Shown here piece by piece: positions 48,401 through 62,324 of a stretch of 64,000 nt of DNA. Position 1 is the stretch's first letter. Every line of letters starts with the position of its first letter. A program made the translations under genes and the position numbers. The notes beneath the pieces are model-generated. The model was not told where the DNA came from. It saw only the letters and a list, made by a program, of their open reading frames with translations, and searched no databases. Where the stretch lies: assembly GCA_002189035.1 (NCBI GenBank), contig CM007989.1, positions 1-64,000 on the forward strand, in the 5' to 3' direction. The DNA comes from Utricularia gibba. Its lineage: Eukaryota; Plantae; Magnoliophyta.

Positions 48401-51400
48401 ACCTGATCTAGATTGTCAACAGCTTTCACGAATACAGAGTAATACACCTTCTGATTTTTCGCGCCTTCCCTTTCCTCAACTTCATCAATATATGCTACGC
48501 GAAGTGATGGATTGCTGCATAATGATGGAAAAGAAAATAGTCATCAAATCACTAAGCTCATCACTCAACCTCAAAAACATCTCACTACAAAGGCCTTCAT
48601 GTTTAATATATATTACTTACTTAACCATCAGGTTTAGAATGTCTGTTGCACGACGATCTCCACTTCTTTTCTGATTCCCATAGTTTTGGCAGGTGGCAAC
48701 ATATGTGAATTTCATATCAGCAACAGCCTCTAGTTGAGTATACATGGATCTTTGGCTCTTTTTATCCTCATCTGATGCTTCTGTGATGGTTTTATATCCT
48801 TCCAGTATTTCTGTTGGGCAGAATCAATGAGAAATGAACAGGAGTTTCTTCAAAATAGTTTGCTCCTCCAGACACTCAACATATAAATAACAATCAAAAT
48901 GTTGAATGCATCAAAACCCACTAAACAACTCATGGAAATTTTCAAACATATTCATACGCCATATGCACTTCATTGAGAACTATTTTTTACTATATTTATC
49001 AAAACAGCATGCCCTTGAACCTTATATGACACGGGATTCATCAAATGATATCCATTATACCTCTCATAGCCAGTTTTAAATGTAAATTAGGGAAGTGTGT
49101 TAAATATGCAAGTATTTTTCTTACCATGTTCCTTAGCCATATCAAGAAAAGCCTGAAGCTTCAAGGCCCTTCTGTAGTACATCATTCCTCTAACTGCATT
49201 CAAACACATCTTGTCAAAAACTACGCAGCCAATTTGCGAAGGAACCAACAGTTTTAGAGAAGAAGAGGGACAGTGATGGAATGAGAGAACTTTAAGTCTA
49301 AACCTGTTCTACAAAGAGTCTGTCCTCTCAATGATGCCCAATGGCGGAGTTGTAGAATGTTTTCTTCGTTTTCCCATATCTCTGATCCTTTGCAATTCAG
49401 ACGCTCCATAAAATTATTCCATTCATCTGAATGAGACATGAGGACGTTAAGGATAGCATTTTAGTACTGCAGAGAGTGAGAGTGATTGTACTGCCAAGGA
49501 GTGGAATTTCATCTTGGTGATCACTGTATGACCTGGATATATCTTTTGAAGGTAATATATTATAGAAACTCCATCTTCATTTTCCATTTCAAGATCACTC
49601 TTGGAGTAAACGGTTTCCTCACTGTAGTATGGAGTAAGAACACTGCAAGAACAGTAGATGCATCGACCAAGTGTATGAGAAAAGACATACCCAGTTTTGG
49701 TCTAAATAAAGCTCTTTTAGCCAATAGTTTTCATTCATCCTCGATATTTTTTCAAATCAAGTACTATTTTGTCTATAGTTTCCATAGATTTTTCTTATTA
49801 CTATAAAAGAAGTATCAAGTCAGGATAAGATTTACCCTAACAATAAGTGAATGGATGAGGCAGGTTGCAAGCCATTAAACAAACGAGAAAAGAAAGCTCA
49901 AGATGCACCTGAAAGATAGCATTTTACGAACTCGAGGTGCACGTGGCATATCCATGAACAGTGAGTTGGAAAAAAATGCTATTCTTCTACGAGCCTCAAG
50001 ATTCGTTGGTACATCAACTGCAGATTCCTTAACAGTAAGCAGTAGATATAGTCGCCGTATCTGTGAATCAAAACAAGATAATTGTCAGATTGCTTGTTAC
50101 TAGGTAATAGCAAGCGGATCTAGTGTTTATTCGCCACAGACCTAGTGGACAAGGACTTCCGTCATACCTGTTCTTCCCATTGTGCTGTATATGGAGGTGG
50201 GAAAGCAATTCTTGTAAACAGTTGATTTCCAGAGTCTTTGCTACCGTGTCCAAGCTCCCCAAGCTCTCTATTACAATAAGTAAATTTCAAGCACCCAAGA
50301 AGGATTTTTTTGAAAGGCTTAACTGCGTTATTTAATCTACCAACCGGATCTCATTCACCATCATGTCACGTGTAACAACTTCCAACATATCTTGCAGCAG
50401 TAGCACCACTCTATCCTTTTTGGAAGGGTCTACATCTTTCTGTGGACCAAAAAGAAGTTCAGGTTCACATAAATTAAACAGTAATAGTCAAACAAACATG
50501 ACTAACCAATATCTCCACCAGTTCCACAAATTTCTTGCAAAGATCAGGTAAAGGCTTCATTCTGAAGTTTGGAAGAAATGTCCCCTTCGTTATATTGCTT
50601 TCAATTTCTTTGATGATGACTCCAATTATCCTGTAACAGAAAAGATTTTTGACAATAAAAAATTGTTATATTTATGTGTTCATGCAGGAGAAAAAAATTA
50701 TGAGGGAGACTCCTAGGCTTTAGGGGTGAATTAATACAATTAACTGATGAATGTTAAAAATGTAACCTTTTCTCGGTCTCTGCAACTGTCAAGGTATTCA
50801 AAACATTCTTAAATGATTCGTAGCACTCTAGCACAGCACACTTCATATACTCATCACCAGAAATGCGCTTCCAAAGATCAGCATCTTTAGACCGAAATTG
50901 AGCAGCCATATCAAGTGCAATAGGAATCTGCAGAGATCCATGGTCATCCGGGAACAATCACAATAAGTAGATCTCAAAAACTCATTAGGCACCTTGCTGG
51001 CTAACAAAAATGGAGGCCACTGAATTATTTTTAAGCTGGCATCAGATGAATAAGGAACAAGAAGCAGATCCATCTCCCTGAAGCAAAAATTTAATTTTAC
51101 TTTCATGAATAAGAATAACAGATAGAAGTTGCATGTATAATTCTTTAAAAGAGAAAAGAGGTGCTGGACTTTTCCTATCACTTATGAGATCTTCCTCCCG
51201 GAAGCTGCAAATCACATCATTCCACAGTTGTGCAAACTTCGCAGCTTCACTTCTTTTACTTGCGGACACCTATAGAGAGGAAAATATGGAAATTAAAATG
51301 GCATCTCAGTTGCTAGTACTCGGAGTATAAAAATTCTTTGCTAGGGAAGGATGAAATACCTGATAAAAATTCTTTGCAAGGGAAAATCCTCTTTTCCTAG

Positions 51401-54400
51401 TCTTGTCAGAAGGTACCAAGTAAGTGTTGAATGCACCAGGTAATGATAGAAAGCGTGACCTCAGCATTTCAAGAGTTCGAATCTGCGGATAGATTAACAT
51501 ATTTTTGTGGCGAATCAACAAAATGAAATTTACTCCAACTGACAGTCATAAGTATCTGTGTGAAACATGAAACTCTCTAAATGAAAAGAGAATGTATATA
51601 TTGGGAATCTAGAAATAAAGCATCAGCTCTGAGACTTCTTTTCACCAGCATAGTTTGAAATGATGAATTAAATTCTGTTCTATAACAAAACTGGTAATTC
51701 TGGGGTCCAAAGATTAAAAAAGGAGCCGAAGTAAAATTTAAACTTTAGGAAAACTTAAGTACCTTCATGAAGATAAACGATGCACTTCTTCAAAGAAAAT
51801 TAGTTTGAAAATCAACATTATGGAAAAAGTACCATTTTAAGTTAAATGCTGGATCAAAAAAGGATGCTGCGGTTTCTGCGACAGAAAGTCAAGTAGTTCA
51901 CTAATTAAATATAGTGCCTATTACCTCACCAAGTCGATCAAATGCCCCAATGAACCCTCCATACAACGTAGAAAATATAGAATACCATATCTGGAGATCC
52001 ATGAAGTAAACCTGAATATCATAATATGAGACAACCATCACATTAGCTAGCAGAGTTAGGAAACGAATGGATGCAGGATTTATTGAGTTCAAACTGTAGA
52101 TGACAGTGATCAGAAACCCCACCAAGATTACTGGTGACCATAGTGCAAAAATGGCTCCAACATTGTACTGTGCTGCAATTTTAGTAAAACATCCATCACA
52201 AAAGAACCATAAAATTCAAATAAGTAATACAAAGCTAAAAGATTACCAGAATATGATACATACCATCTGGGAATAGCTCATGCCAGGCATATGCGACATG
52301 ATGAATATTCATGACATCTTTTGTAGGCCTCACCAGGGGTCTTATCTGGAGAGATGAAATAAAATAGGGAAAAACAAACTTGATAGCATACTTGAACATG
52401 TATCTAAAAAATAAGTATGTGAACGTACCATCATGAAAAAGCTGAACGCAAATTTTGAACAGAGGAGCAACACCCAGAATATTGTGTATCTGACAATTTC
52501 AAGAACAAAAAAATGAATATTACGAACCATCACATATCAAAGATAAGGGATTGAAAAAAGAACTTCCAGCACGCACTTGATCAGGGAATATTGACTTTCA
52601 TGCATTCCTCTTCCAACATAGATCGTAGGCTGCAAAATTTTGGACAAAAAAAAAAGTCACAGTCAATTCATTCTGTCAAAAGAAAGTCCTGTGCAAAAGG
52701 CTTCCAGCCTGTCCTTAAGAACACCTGTACACTTGGGAGAAGATGCATGTGAAAGGAACATCACTCTGAATTGAACTACTGACACTGAATGATAAATAAT
52801 GTCGGAACTCTATCTATCAGAAATTGTTTTGATGTTTAGTAGCTACCTCTCCCACTGCTAATCAGTAAGATTCTGACATGATATTTCACAAAATGCTTGT
52901 TTGAAGGAAGAGGGGAAAATACAAACTGCGTGTTGCATACCTGTGACCACCATAGGAGAAACCGCATGATAAGCCAATCAGAATTCTCAATCCAGCGTTG
53001 CAGCATTGGGAAAACAAACAAGGCTGCAGCTAGTAAATTTGGCAGCAAGTATATAACAACCGCCATGATATACAAGGGAGGAATACCCTTAAGTTTATCA
53101 AGAAAGGACAGCTCCTTGTGGACTTTGGAAAATGAAAATGTCTTGGTCTGGAGCAAATAGCATATGGGAAGGATGACTGACCAGGCTAAGCTGACAATGA
53201 CCTTCAGAACATTCCTCAGGACACTAGTAAACTTCCATCTAAGATAGCCTGGGTAATTCAGAATAAGATCCAAGATACCTGAACAGAAGTTTAGATATCT
53301 CAGATTAATAACCAGGGTCCATCTTCAATAAAAATCCAAGAAGCCATCTCCATTGTGATTTCTTTGTGCAAAATAAAATTAACATACTCTGGAGGAAGCG
53401 AAGAAAGGCAGCTGTAATAAAAATGCTCGACAAGTTGCGCAATGCATTTTTCTCAAAGATGTCAAATAGAGAAATATTATTCCAGGCCATGATGATCATT
53501 ATCTGCATTAGAAATAAAGCAATATCAGCGCATAGATGACACAGATAAAGCTTGTTATTTATTTAACGGGTTTGATTGTAGAAACATATCTTCCCTTGAA
53601 CATTGAACAAAAATTGTTATCAAAACTCAATGCTCGTACTTGTCCTGAATTCATTGACAATGTGGTACCTGTAGAGAAAGAACGAGAAACGTCCATAGAC
53701 GATCAAAACTTCGGAAAATATGCCAAAAAGTCCGGGTTTCAGCAAAGAAAGATTTCCCCAGCTTCCCAGGGTTGTTCTGAACTCCTTTTCCCTGACACAG
53801 TTTGAACATTTAGAATTCAAAAATTAAGCTTCACACCTTTTCTTCTTAATTATCTTCCATATCAGAATAAATTAAATCCAGCCAACGATATTCTAATTCT
53901 CATTGCTGTTATTACCTGTGCTGCATCTTGGGTTGATTTAAAAAAGTCACCATCATCACGCATAGGCCATCCCAAAAGGAAGCAATCTGATGACCTTTAT
54001 TAAGATTCAAAGGTCATATTAATCCCGAGAATTATAGCCTATAGTAATTGGCAAGTGCTATTCTCAATCAAAGTATTACCAGAAATACTCATTTAGATCA
54101 TCATAGTTGCACCAGGCCGTGTGAGGTGCTTTACCATTCTTGCTTTTCTTGGACTCCTGTAGACGTGTGAGGATCATCTAGTTGTGCTCCAAGCATGAAA
54201 AATTAGGATACACAGTTAAACCGAGACATTACCCTTTCAATCACTCGATAAATTGGCATTACAACTTTCCGCAAGAAAGATTCATCTTCCCCTCCAATGG
54301 AAGGCTTTATATTTTCTCCTGTGACAATGCTTACATTTCCAGCCAATAGTCCATGAAGTTCATATGCCATCTGAGTGTCCACATTAAGGCAGAGGAATTG

Positions 54401-56995
54401 ATCAAAACTATGTTCAGTATTTGCATCAGACTTGCAGCTAAAGAAAAGTGAATGATGATTCACAATTTTCTGAAGAAATAGTGACAACTCACGTTGTGAA
54501 AAATGTAGCACAGGCACTCCGGCATGAACCGCACATTTGCTGCTTCACCCCAGATAAGAAGATAGAGACCCATATAAAGTAACTTCCTTTGTTGCACTTC
54601 AGCCCGATCTTTAGGGAGCCTAACAGCAATCCATTATCAATTAATGTCAGTTAAAATGATCGATACAATAAAGACGCAATAGTTGAGTATTCCACCTTAA
54701 ACTGTGTTTTCTTCCCAAGTATTTACACCACGTCTTGTAGTTCTTGAAAAGCTTATTCATCAGCGCCTCAACAGCACGATCGTCAAGCTAGAGGAAACAG
54801 TAGTCATTCAATTATTTCACTTGAAATTGGTATCTTTCGCACAAATTGAACATACTGAGCTTCCAGACATTATGGAAAACACTATGCCAATTTAAGAAAG
54901 AGTCAAGTAGCATTCTCCTTTCACGTTTATAAAATTTCATATAGATCCTGAACTTCGAAGCAACAAGAAATAGATCAAGGATCTTACTATGTTGAGTGGT
55001 TCAGGCTTAGGGGTCAGCCTTATATGAATATTTGCAAGCAGCAGTATCAAATGCTCCCGTTGATTCCTCACGTTATCCCTCTGTAGAGGTCAAGTAACCC
55101 AGGTAACATTGATAGAAAACTAAGGAACAAATCCACGAACAGGTAAATACTTCACAACGCATGCCTGAAATCCAAACATGGCTCTCAACCAGTCCAAGAG
55201 ATCTAAATCTTCAGGCTTGTTCAGGTGTGGCTCAAGTGAGGGGGCCATTGTAGAGCACGTGTATTCTGTATAGCCGTTACAACAGCTTTCACCTGATGCG
55301 ATGAATGATAGCTAGGCTTTAAACTTTATGATAAGCATGCCACCTTTAACATGCATAACAATAAACAGACAGCCAATGAAGAACCTCTTCAATCTGCATA
55401 ATGGACTGAGATGCCCCTGCTGAGTCCAGGGGAAGTATATTATAAGGAACATAAATTTCCTTCTTTGCCTGAACATCATTGGCTGCAGCTATAATCTGCA
55501 ACAAAACAGAACATATCAATGTTGTTTTCTGCTACGTTGACAATAATGCTGAAATTGGATAAAACTCACCTCAGGAGCTACTTCTTCAACCTTCTCTGTC
55601 TTATTAACGGCACAAAGCACTTCAAAAAGCACACCAGCTGTGAGGTATGCTTTTCCAAGCATAGCCCTGGAAAATGTTGTGGATTATCATTTCCATAAAC
55701 GTTCTCGTAATCTTCAGCTAGTTGCATTTCAAATAGTTTGGGTGACCACCTGTCGGCCTGATCCCCTTGTTAAGGGCCACGACGTAGTCCTCATAGTACT
55801 GCTTGTAGAAGCTCTCAATTTCCCGAGCGTCAGTCTTCTTTACCCGGGAAGCAAGAGTTGAGGCATTATCCTGTATACGGAATTAGCATTATGCCCCACA
55901 AGTATGACAAAATGCGAAGAAATTCCAAATTTCGACTGATATTGTAGAGTCGGGGGCTTCGCAAATCGAAATACAGTAAAACAGCCATATTAACTCAATG
56001 TCCCATTTGTGTTTTCTTTCCCGAAATGCAACCTTTTAGAGGCAAGGAACATGGCCTTCATTCAAACATCAAATCTCGGAAGCCCCCACAAGAAAACATG
56101 GTAATCTATAAGATCCACCAATTATACAGTATTCTAAGAAAAAATGATATTTGCCTTAAATTTTGCATGATAGATCTAACTTAAAGCCATCGTAGGAAAA
56201 AATAAAATTAACGGCGATTGCATGCGTTCACGATGGTCATATAAATTATCTACACAACTAACAATATCATCAATACGTATTATCCTATGAAACACGGGAA
56301 AATGCTGAATCACAATTCGCAGCCTTCATCTTCCTGGTGAAACAACTGATGGTGACCAGTTTCCTGGACGACGAATTTTCCCGTTTTCTTCTAGATTCCC
56401 TCAAGGAATCAAGAATCCAAAAACTAAATAAATTAATCGATCGCTCCACCCAGCGAATTCCATGTGGATGTTTTCTTTTCGCAGGTTGTTCAGATGCTCT
56501 CCATCCTACCATTCAGAGATGACTAAAAAAAAAAAAAAAAGGTTTTAAGACCGACTGGAACAGAACGCATACCCTCTCAAGCCTTTGGTGGAGACTGGTT
56601 TTAAATTGCCGCACACCGCGTCCTCGAGAGTTAGGATCGAGTCTGTGCGCCTTGTCGAATGCATAAAACCGGCCTGAAATAAAATCAGAGAGCGATGCTA
56701 ATCAGTCAATCAGACCTTAAACTGAAAAATTGTGTATGTGTGCATTCGCGTTTTGTACATGCAACAGATGCCGTGTCGAGAGGAAATGGAAGAAAGAAGG
56801 AGAGCGCTTACAGAGGTACGCAACACGTGGGCGCTCATTCTGTATTTCAGCCGCCACACGAAGGATCGGAGCGATGGACTGCAGCGATGAAGGGACGACC
56901 TCGTTATCGAAAACCTCCAAAGAAAACGTAGTTGTTGCAGCGCTGCGCGAGGCTCGCCGCATAAGCGAAGGTTGTTCATTATGCCCAGTCGCCAT
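45494..56995 (-). CDS. CALS5: Callose synthase 5 (GSL2 ortholog; pollen callose wall), about 40 exons, two -1 frameshifts as assembled
   Basis: N-terminus [25 protein letters not shown]...[29 protein letters not shown], glucan synthase core ([35 protein letters not shown]) and end ILAGGKKNK*. Intron 6 has a GC donor, as reported for Arabidopsis CalS5. Frameshifts at 55240-44 and 55763-66. Confidence 0.93.
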
Positions 56996-58478
56996 TCACG
57001 AGAAGCACAAAGCTCAAAGGAAATGCAAAGATTCGCTCAGAGGAATCATCAACAGCAACTGTAAGGGGAACAGTCTCGAAACGGAATCAAACCTGGCGCA
57101 GATAGAAAGAGATGGAGTTATAGGTAGATTGGCGAGATAGAAGTTCCAGAGAAAAGGAGAGATCAGCCTCGAGGCGATCTTGAGGCTGAACAAAGAGCGC
57201 GGGAGTGAGGAAAGAGAATTCAAATCTGCAAGATGCCACGTGGAGGAAGATGGTCTCATTTGACTCTACATGCGGAAAACGTATGGGCGTTGTTTGTGCT
57301 TGGCTCGCTTTCTCCTCTACCACAGTAGTTTTTGGGTGAGTAAATTTTAACAACTGATAACAATATTTCCATATTCGAAGAAAATCCCAAGTAAAAATTG
57401 TTTAAATATATTGACTATAATTACAAATGTATTTAATAAATAAATTTTACATATCCATATTTAAAATGATATCATATATGTTTAAAATATATCATTTGTA
57501 GTAATTAATATTAAAAAATCAAATATATATATTTTTATTTTTATTAATATTTAATTTCTAAAGTTTGACAAAATTCTATATCTAATATTTCAAATCTCGC
57601 ATAATTTAATAAAAAGATGTCATTGACAATTTACAAATCAAAGTGATGGGGATTTCAATTCAGAAATTCGAAACACATATAAATTAAAAATATGAGATGA
57701 GTACCGCATATGAAAATACACCCCAGCATAAGGTTTATTCATAGAGACTTTCAAATCTGAAACTACAGAATAATTATTTGAGATATTATTAAATATTATT
57801 CAAAAAAATACGATCTATTATGCTAAATTTAAAATATACATATAGAATTAAAAAAGATATTTCTACAATAGTGTGCATGAATTTGAATGTCCTAAGTGTC
57901 AAAATCCTTTTTTGCATCAATCATTTTTTATCAATTCATGAAACAATAATAACCATGTGTTCGGGTTGATATCTCTAATGATCTATATATATCTATCCCT
58001 CATGTTGTACTTTGCATGATTTTTGTCCATATATTTAACATACAATATCGATTGAAGTAAAATGTTATATCTACATCTAACAATTTACCTGATAATAAAA
58101 AAGTCAAATTTTCTTTCCCATAACAATAACCACTACTTAGATGTTAGATTTTAAAAAAACTTGAATATATTATATAAAAATATTATCTAAAGATGATTTG
58201 TTGAAAGAATTCAGAGAAAAATTAAACGTGATTAATAAGAGAATCAATAAAATAAAAAACTTTTTTGAAGTATCAAAAATAATGTTATAATTAATCAAGA
58301 TTATTAAAAATATAATTATGTAACACAGAAGATGAGCAGAGCACAAGAGTGGAAAAGTGAGAGTTGTACATAAAACTATCGGGCGTCATTCCATTCCCTA
58401 AACCCACCAAAATCTCATCTCCTAGTACACGGGAACCAAGAGATGCTTTGTTTTATAACATTGAAAGAATCAGCTTGA

Positions 58479-61400
58479 TTAGGTCAACAAGAGCTTCACC
58501 TTTTCACCTGAAGCCCCGGGATTCCAGATTCCCTCCCCTTCCGCTCTAACGAGGTTTTTTTTTGAAGAACTTGCTTTCATGGCTGATGTAAACAAAGTAA
58601 AAATGTGTTTGGCATTCTCGGAAAACAAAGTAAAAATGACAGTAATTACCAGTATCTTTGTTGGCCCTAATGATCGTCCCTTTGGCTGCCTCGGCTGAAA
58701 ATTGCCCGACCAAAAGTTAAATTTCTCTAAAAAGAAAGTCCTTGCAGCGAGAAATGTTAAAGACACCCCTCGCTCCATAGAGAGAGACACCCACAGAAAG
58801 AGTGGCATAACAAAAAAATAAAGGCATAGCACGGAATGGGAGAAGACTTGTGGGCAGTGCAGTAGTGGTGTAGTGCCATGCATGAACGCTTGCATGTGGT
58901 CGTATCACAGAGTAAGCATGTGTTCTTGCCAATCAAAAAAGGGAAAAAAACTGGAAAATCCATATTTCACCTTTCATCCTTCGCTTATTCTTTGCTCTTT
59001 TTCTCTTCCTATCTGCTTTCGTTAGCTCGGCTTCTTCTTTGACTTCTCCCTTGCTGGAGAATATTTCTTCAGGAGCCAGCATAGCGGCATCAGACACAGC
59101 CAAAGGTGCAACCTTCAAAAACAGAAAAAAAGGCATGTTGCTCCCTATTATCCGGGCACACTCATGCGAATGACAAGGAATCAAAAGTGACACATTGTTA
59201 CCTCTTCAATTGCAAGGGCGGGCACATTAGCTTGTATGGACATATCCTCAATGACCTGCACAGGATAATGAGAAAAATAACAGTCTGTATTCCAGATGGC
59301 GAATCAACCATGCAGCTAAATAAAGAAGACAAAGCAATACCGGTTTAGGGGTAAAATAGAAATGAGATAGTGCGTCAAGCTTGATACACAAATTCTTGAA
59401 CAAAGAAGATGCCTGCAATAGAGCCAGCAGCATCAGTAATCCAGCGGATTGAAACCAATCAATTAACAGTACTGTGAATGAAAGATAAACTGCAAATAAT
59501 AGGTTCTAAGGTCCCAGGCACACACTTCTTTCTTCTGCTCATCAGCAAAAGAAAGTGCATTTGATACAAGGCCAGTCTTCTGAGCATATTCATCCTGCAT
59601 AAAACTTGGAAGGGTGAGGGAGTTGCCCATTATAAAAGTTGGATAACACAGACAAATACAGATTAAAAAGAAAGCGACTTTGACTCATTAGTCATTACTA
59701 GGACATAACATTTCCATATAATAGTCAACCTCATAAATTTCAGCTAGGCCCTTCTTGCTCTTATTCTCATCCTGCAAGTGAGCAAGTTCATTCGTGTCAG
59801 AAAAAAAATATTGATAAAGGTCGAAATATAATTCTAGGGTTGAACAATCACCAGCTCAATTTTCTCTCTCGTTGTCTTAGTTGGCAAATGTGGACGCTTT
59901 GGTATATCATCAAATCGCCCCTAAAACAGATAAAATGGAATAGATTCACTAACAGAACACTATAATGTTCGGAAATTGGCTACAGAGTAAGGAATGAAAT
60001 GAGACTTGGTTAACATTACTTGAAAAATAGGAGTACATCAAAACATTGTGACCATGAAAAATAAAATCAATTAAAATGGAACCCAAATTTTCATGTTACT
60101 TGTACCTCAGTGATACGTTTTTTGATCAACTCCTCAAGAGATTCAGTGACCTCCTCAGTGATTACTGGGACAGGTCTGACATTATGGTCAAAATCGAGAT
60201 CGACCTCAAGAGCGCTATTCTTAGGCCTTTTAGCAGCTGAAACCTGCCATCATGGGAAAAAAGACATCGATAAAAAAAATGATGGAAAATCAGGTTAGAG
60301 GATTGACTTTAAGTGGATCCCTTAAAAACATATTACCTCACCCTGCATAGTCCATGCTTTTGGTTCCAAGTTGGCTTTCTCCAATTTTTCTATCTCAGAC
60401 TGCAGTCTCTGTTGTTCTTTCTCATGTGTTGAAAGAGCTCCTTTCTTTGGAAACTATAGTTATATTGAAGAATGGAAAATCGTATAAGCATATGCAGTGC
60501 GGTTTCAGCTACATCATCATCCAAAAAGAATACACACGACCTGATCCATGTCCACGTTTTCTGATCCAATAGAGGTTTTGGGCTTTTTTCTCTTAGCATT
60601 TCCGCCTTTTTCAAAGAAGTCTTCATATCTAAGTGGAAAAAGCATGGACAAAATGCATCATTTGGAAAGCTTTATGAACCAAAGTACCTCATATCCGCTG
60701 CATTAAAGTTCCGCTCAATATAAAATACAGGAAAAATGCTGCTCATAAGCATAATTTTCATGGTCAAATAGAACAAATGCGGGTATCCTAACATACAAAA
60801 CAATGTGTGAGGTGGGTTGGGTTTGAATTAAAGAGACCGTTGGTCTTGTGCATTGCATGTGAATGCGATGACTAGTTCAAGGTTATGACCCTAGAATATG
60901 GAAATAAACTCAAGAAAGAAGGATAAAAGTAATAACAGCAGTAAAAAAAAAAAAAAAAAAAAAACAGGAAAACAGTAGCACATTACGAGTGTGGATCATA
61001 ACAAACAATGAACTTCAGAAAATTAATGGATCCAATGGAATAATATGCTATTGAACCAATATCAATCCACTTTCCTTGTCACATACAAACTGCATCCGAA
61101 AAAATAATTCAATTATAAATCTCGGAACTCAGGGAGAGAAGCATACCTTGCGTTTTTTATTTCATTATCATCACCGTCATTATCAAACCCCATCAAAAGT
61201 CCAAGCTGCACAAAAAAAAAAAAAAAAAACGTCACCACTAAAAGATTGCATCACCATGAGAGTGTAATAATCTCATAGACGACACACCGCAGGACAGATT
61301 CACATCAACCAACCATGAGGTCCTACTACTCACTAGGAATTATGGGACTTTCAGTTTACCTCATCATCAGAATCTTCACCTGCTCCCATTTTTTCTGGTC

Positions 61401-62040
61401 CCTCCCTCTTACTCTTCTGATCCAGACCATATTCCCGGGCCTCATCTTCCAGCAAGTAATCCTCCAGTTCCTTAATTTTTAAAAAGTCATCCTCCACTAC
61501 ATTCACGGTCTTTGTTGCACGTTCGCCATCGCTATAATCCTCTCGCTCTGCTTCTTCCTCTTCCTCTTCCTCATCCTCGTCTTCTTCTGCGTTTCCTTCT
61601 TCTTCATACTCATCAATTTCGTCCTCGTCATCTTGCCCTTCATCACCATGATCGTCATCCTCATTATCAATTGCTGCATCATGCTCAATCTCTTCTCTCC
61701 CACTGGCTTTTTCGAAATTAAATTGCTTAGCAGTTTCTTCCGCAACTTTCTCAAAATTCTTTACATGTTGGCGCAGTTTGGACAACAGAGGCCGCGCCTG
61801 AATATCAATTTGCTGCCATATCTGCTCCGCGTCAAAACCATCGGTATAAAGGCGAGGTAATGCTGATTTGGGAGCATGTGGATTGACAATTGCGAACACG
61901 TATTCTGAGGCTAATCGAGCGGCCTTAGAAAGCTCCGGCGAAGGCGAAAGATAGAGAGGCGCCTCAGTGGACGTCAACGTACGAAGTGCCTCCAAACCCG
62001 TATGTTCGTCTTCCATGGTGGTAGCGGCTAACGAGAGCAT
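58479..62040 (-). CDS. MPP10: U3 snoRNP protein MPP10, about 12 exons
   Basis: FDAEQIWQQI, an acidic tract, EDDFLKIKELEDYL, RYEDFF, WTMQGEVSAAKRPKNSALEVDLDF, KLDALSHFYFTPKP, PALAIEEVAPLAVSDAAMLAPEE. The start could be 62040, 62016 or further upstream. Confidence 0.93.
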
Positions 62041-62055
62041 GGCATGGTCCACTGA

Positions 62056-62226
62056 TAGGGTTTTGGTGGCGACTTAACAGCGGCCGGCTGATCTATGGGT
62101 GTGTGTGTTTCCCCAGTACTCACGGTGGTTACCGGGCCGGCAACTTCGGGAAAAAAAAAAAGGCTGTGACATGATGGCCTACCCGCGCATTCACCTGTGA
62201 CTTTGTTGGCTACTATTTGTGGCCCA
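62056..62226 (-). promoter_or_regulatory. Telo-box (AAACCCTA, 62056-62063) plus site II (TGGGCC, 62221-62226) upstream of MPP10
   Basis: Exact motifs are visible. The telo-box/site II pairing is the established signature of plant ribosome-biogenesis promoters. Confidence 0.7.
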
Positions 62227-62324
62227 GAAGATGGCTTAGGCCCGACTCGCCCAGGCCAATATGTATGCATTGTGTTTTATTTGCATTCTAAATATTAAAT
62301 AACACTATGAAGATAACACAATAA

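Noticed and set aside
57360-58350. AT-rich spacer with an 11-bp inverted pair near 58070-58150
   Set aside because: The arms are too short for this base composition, and there is no TSD.
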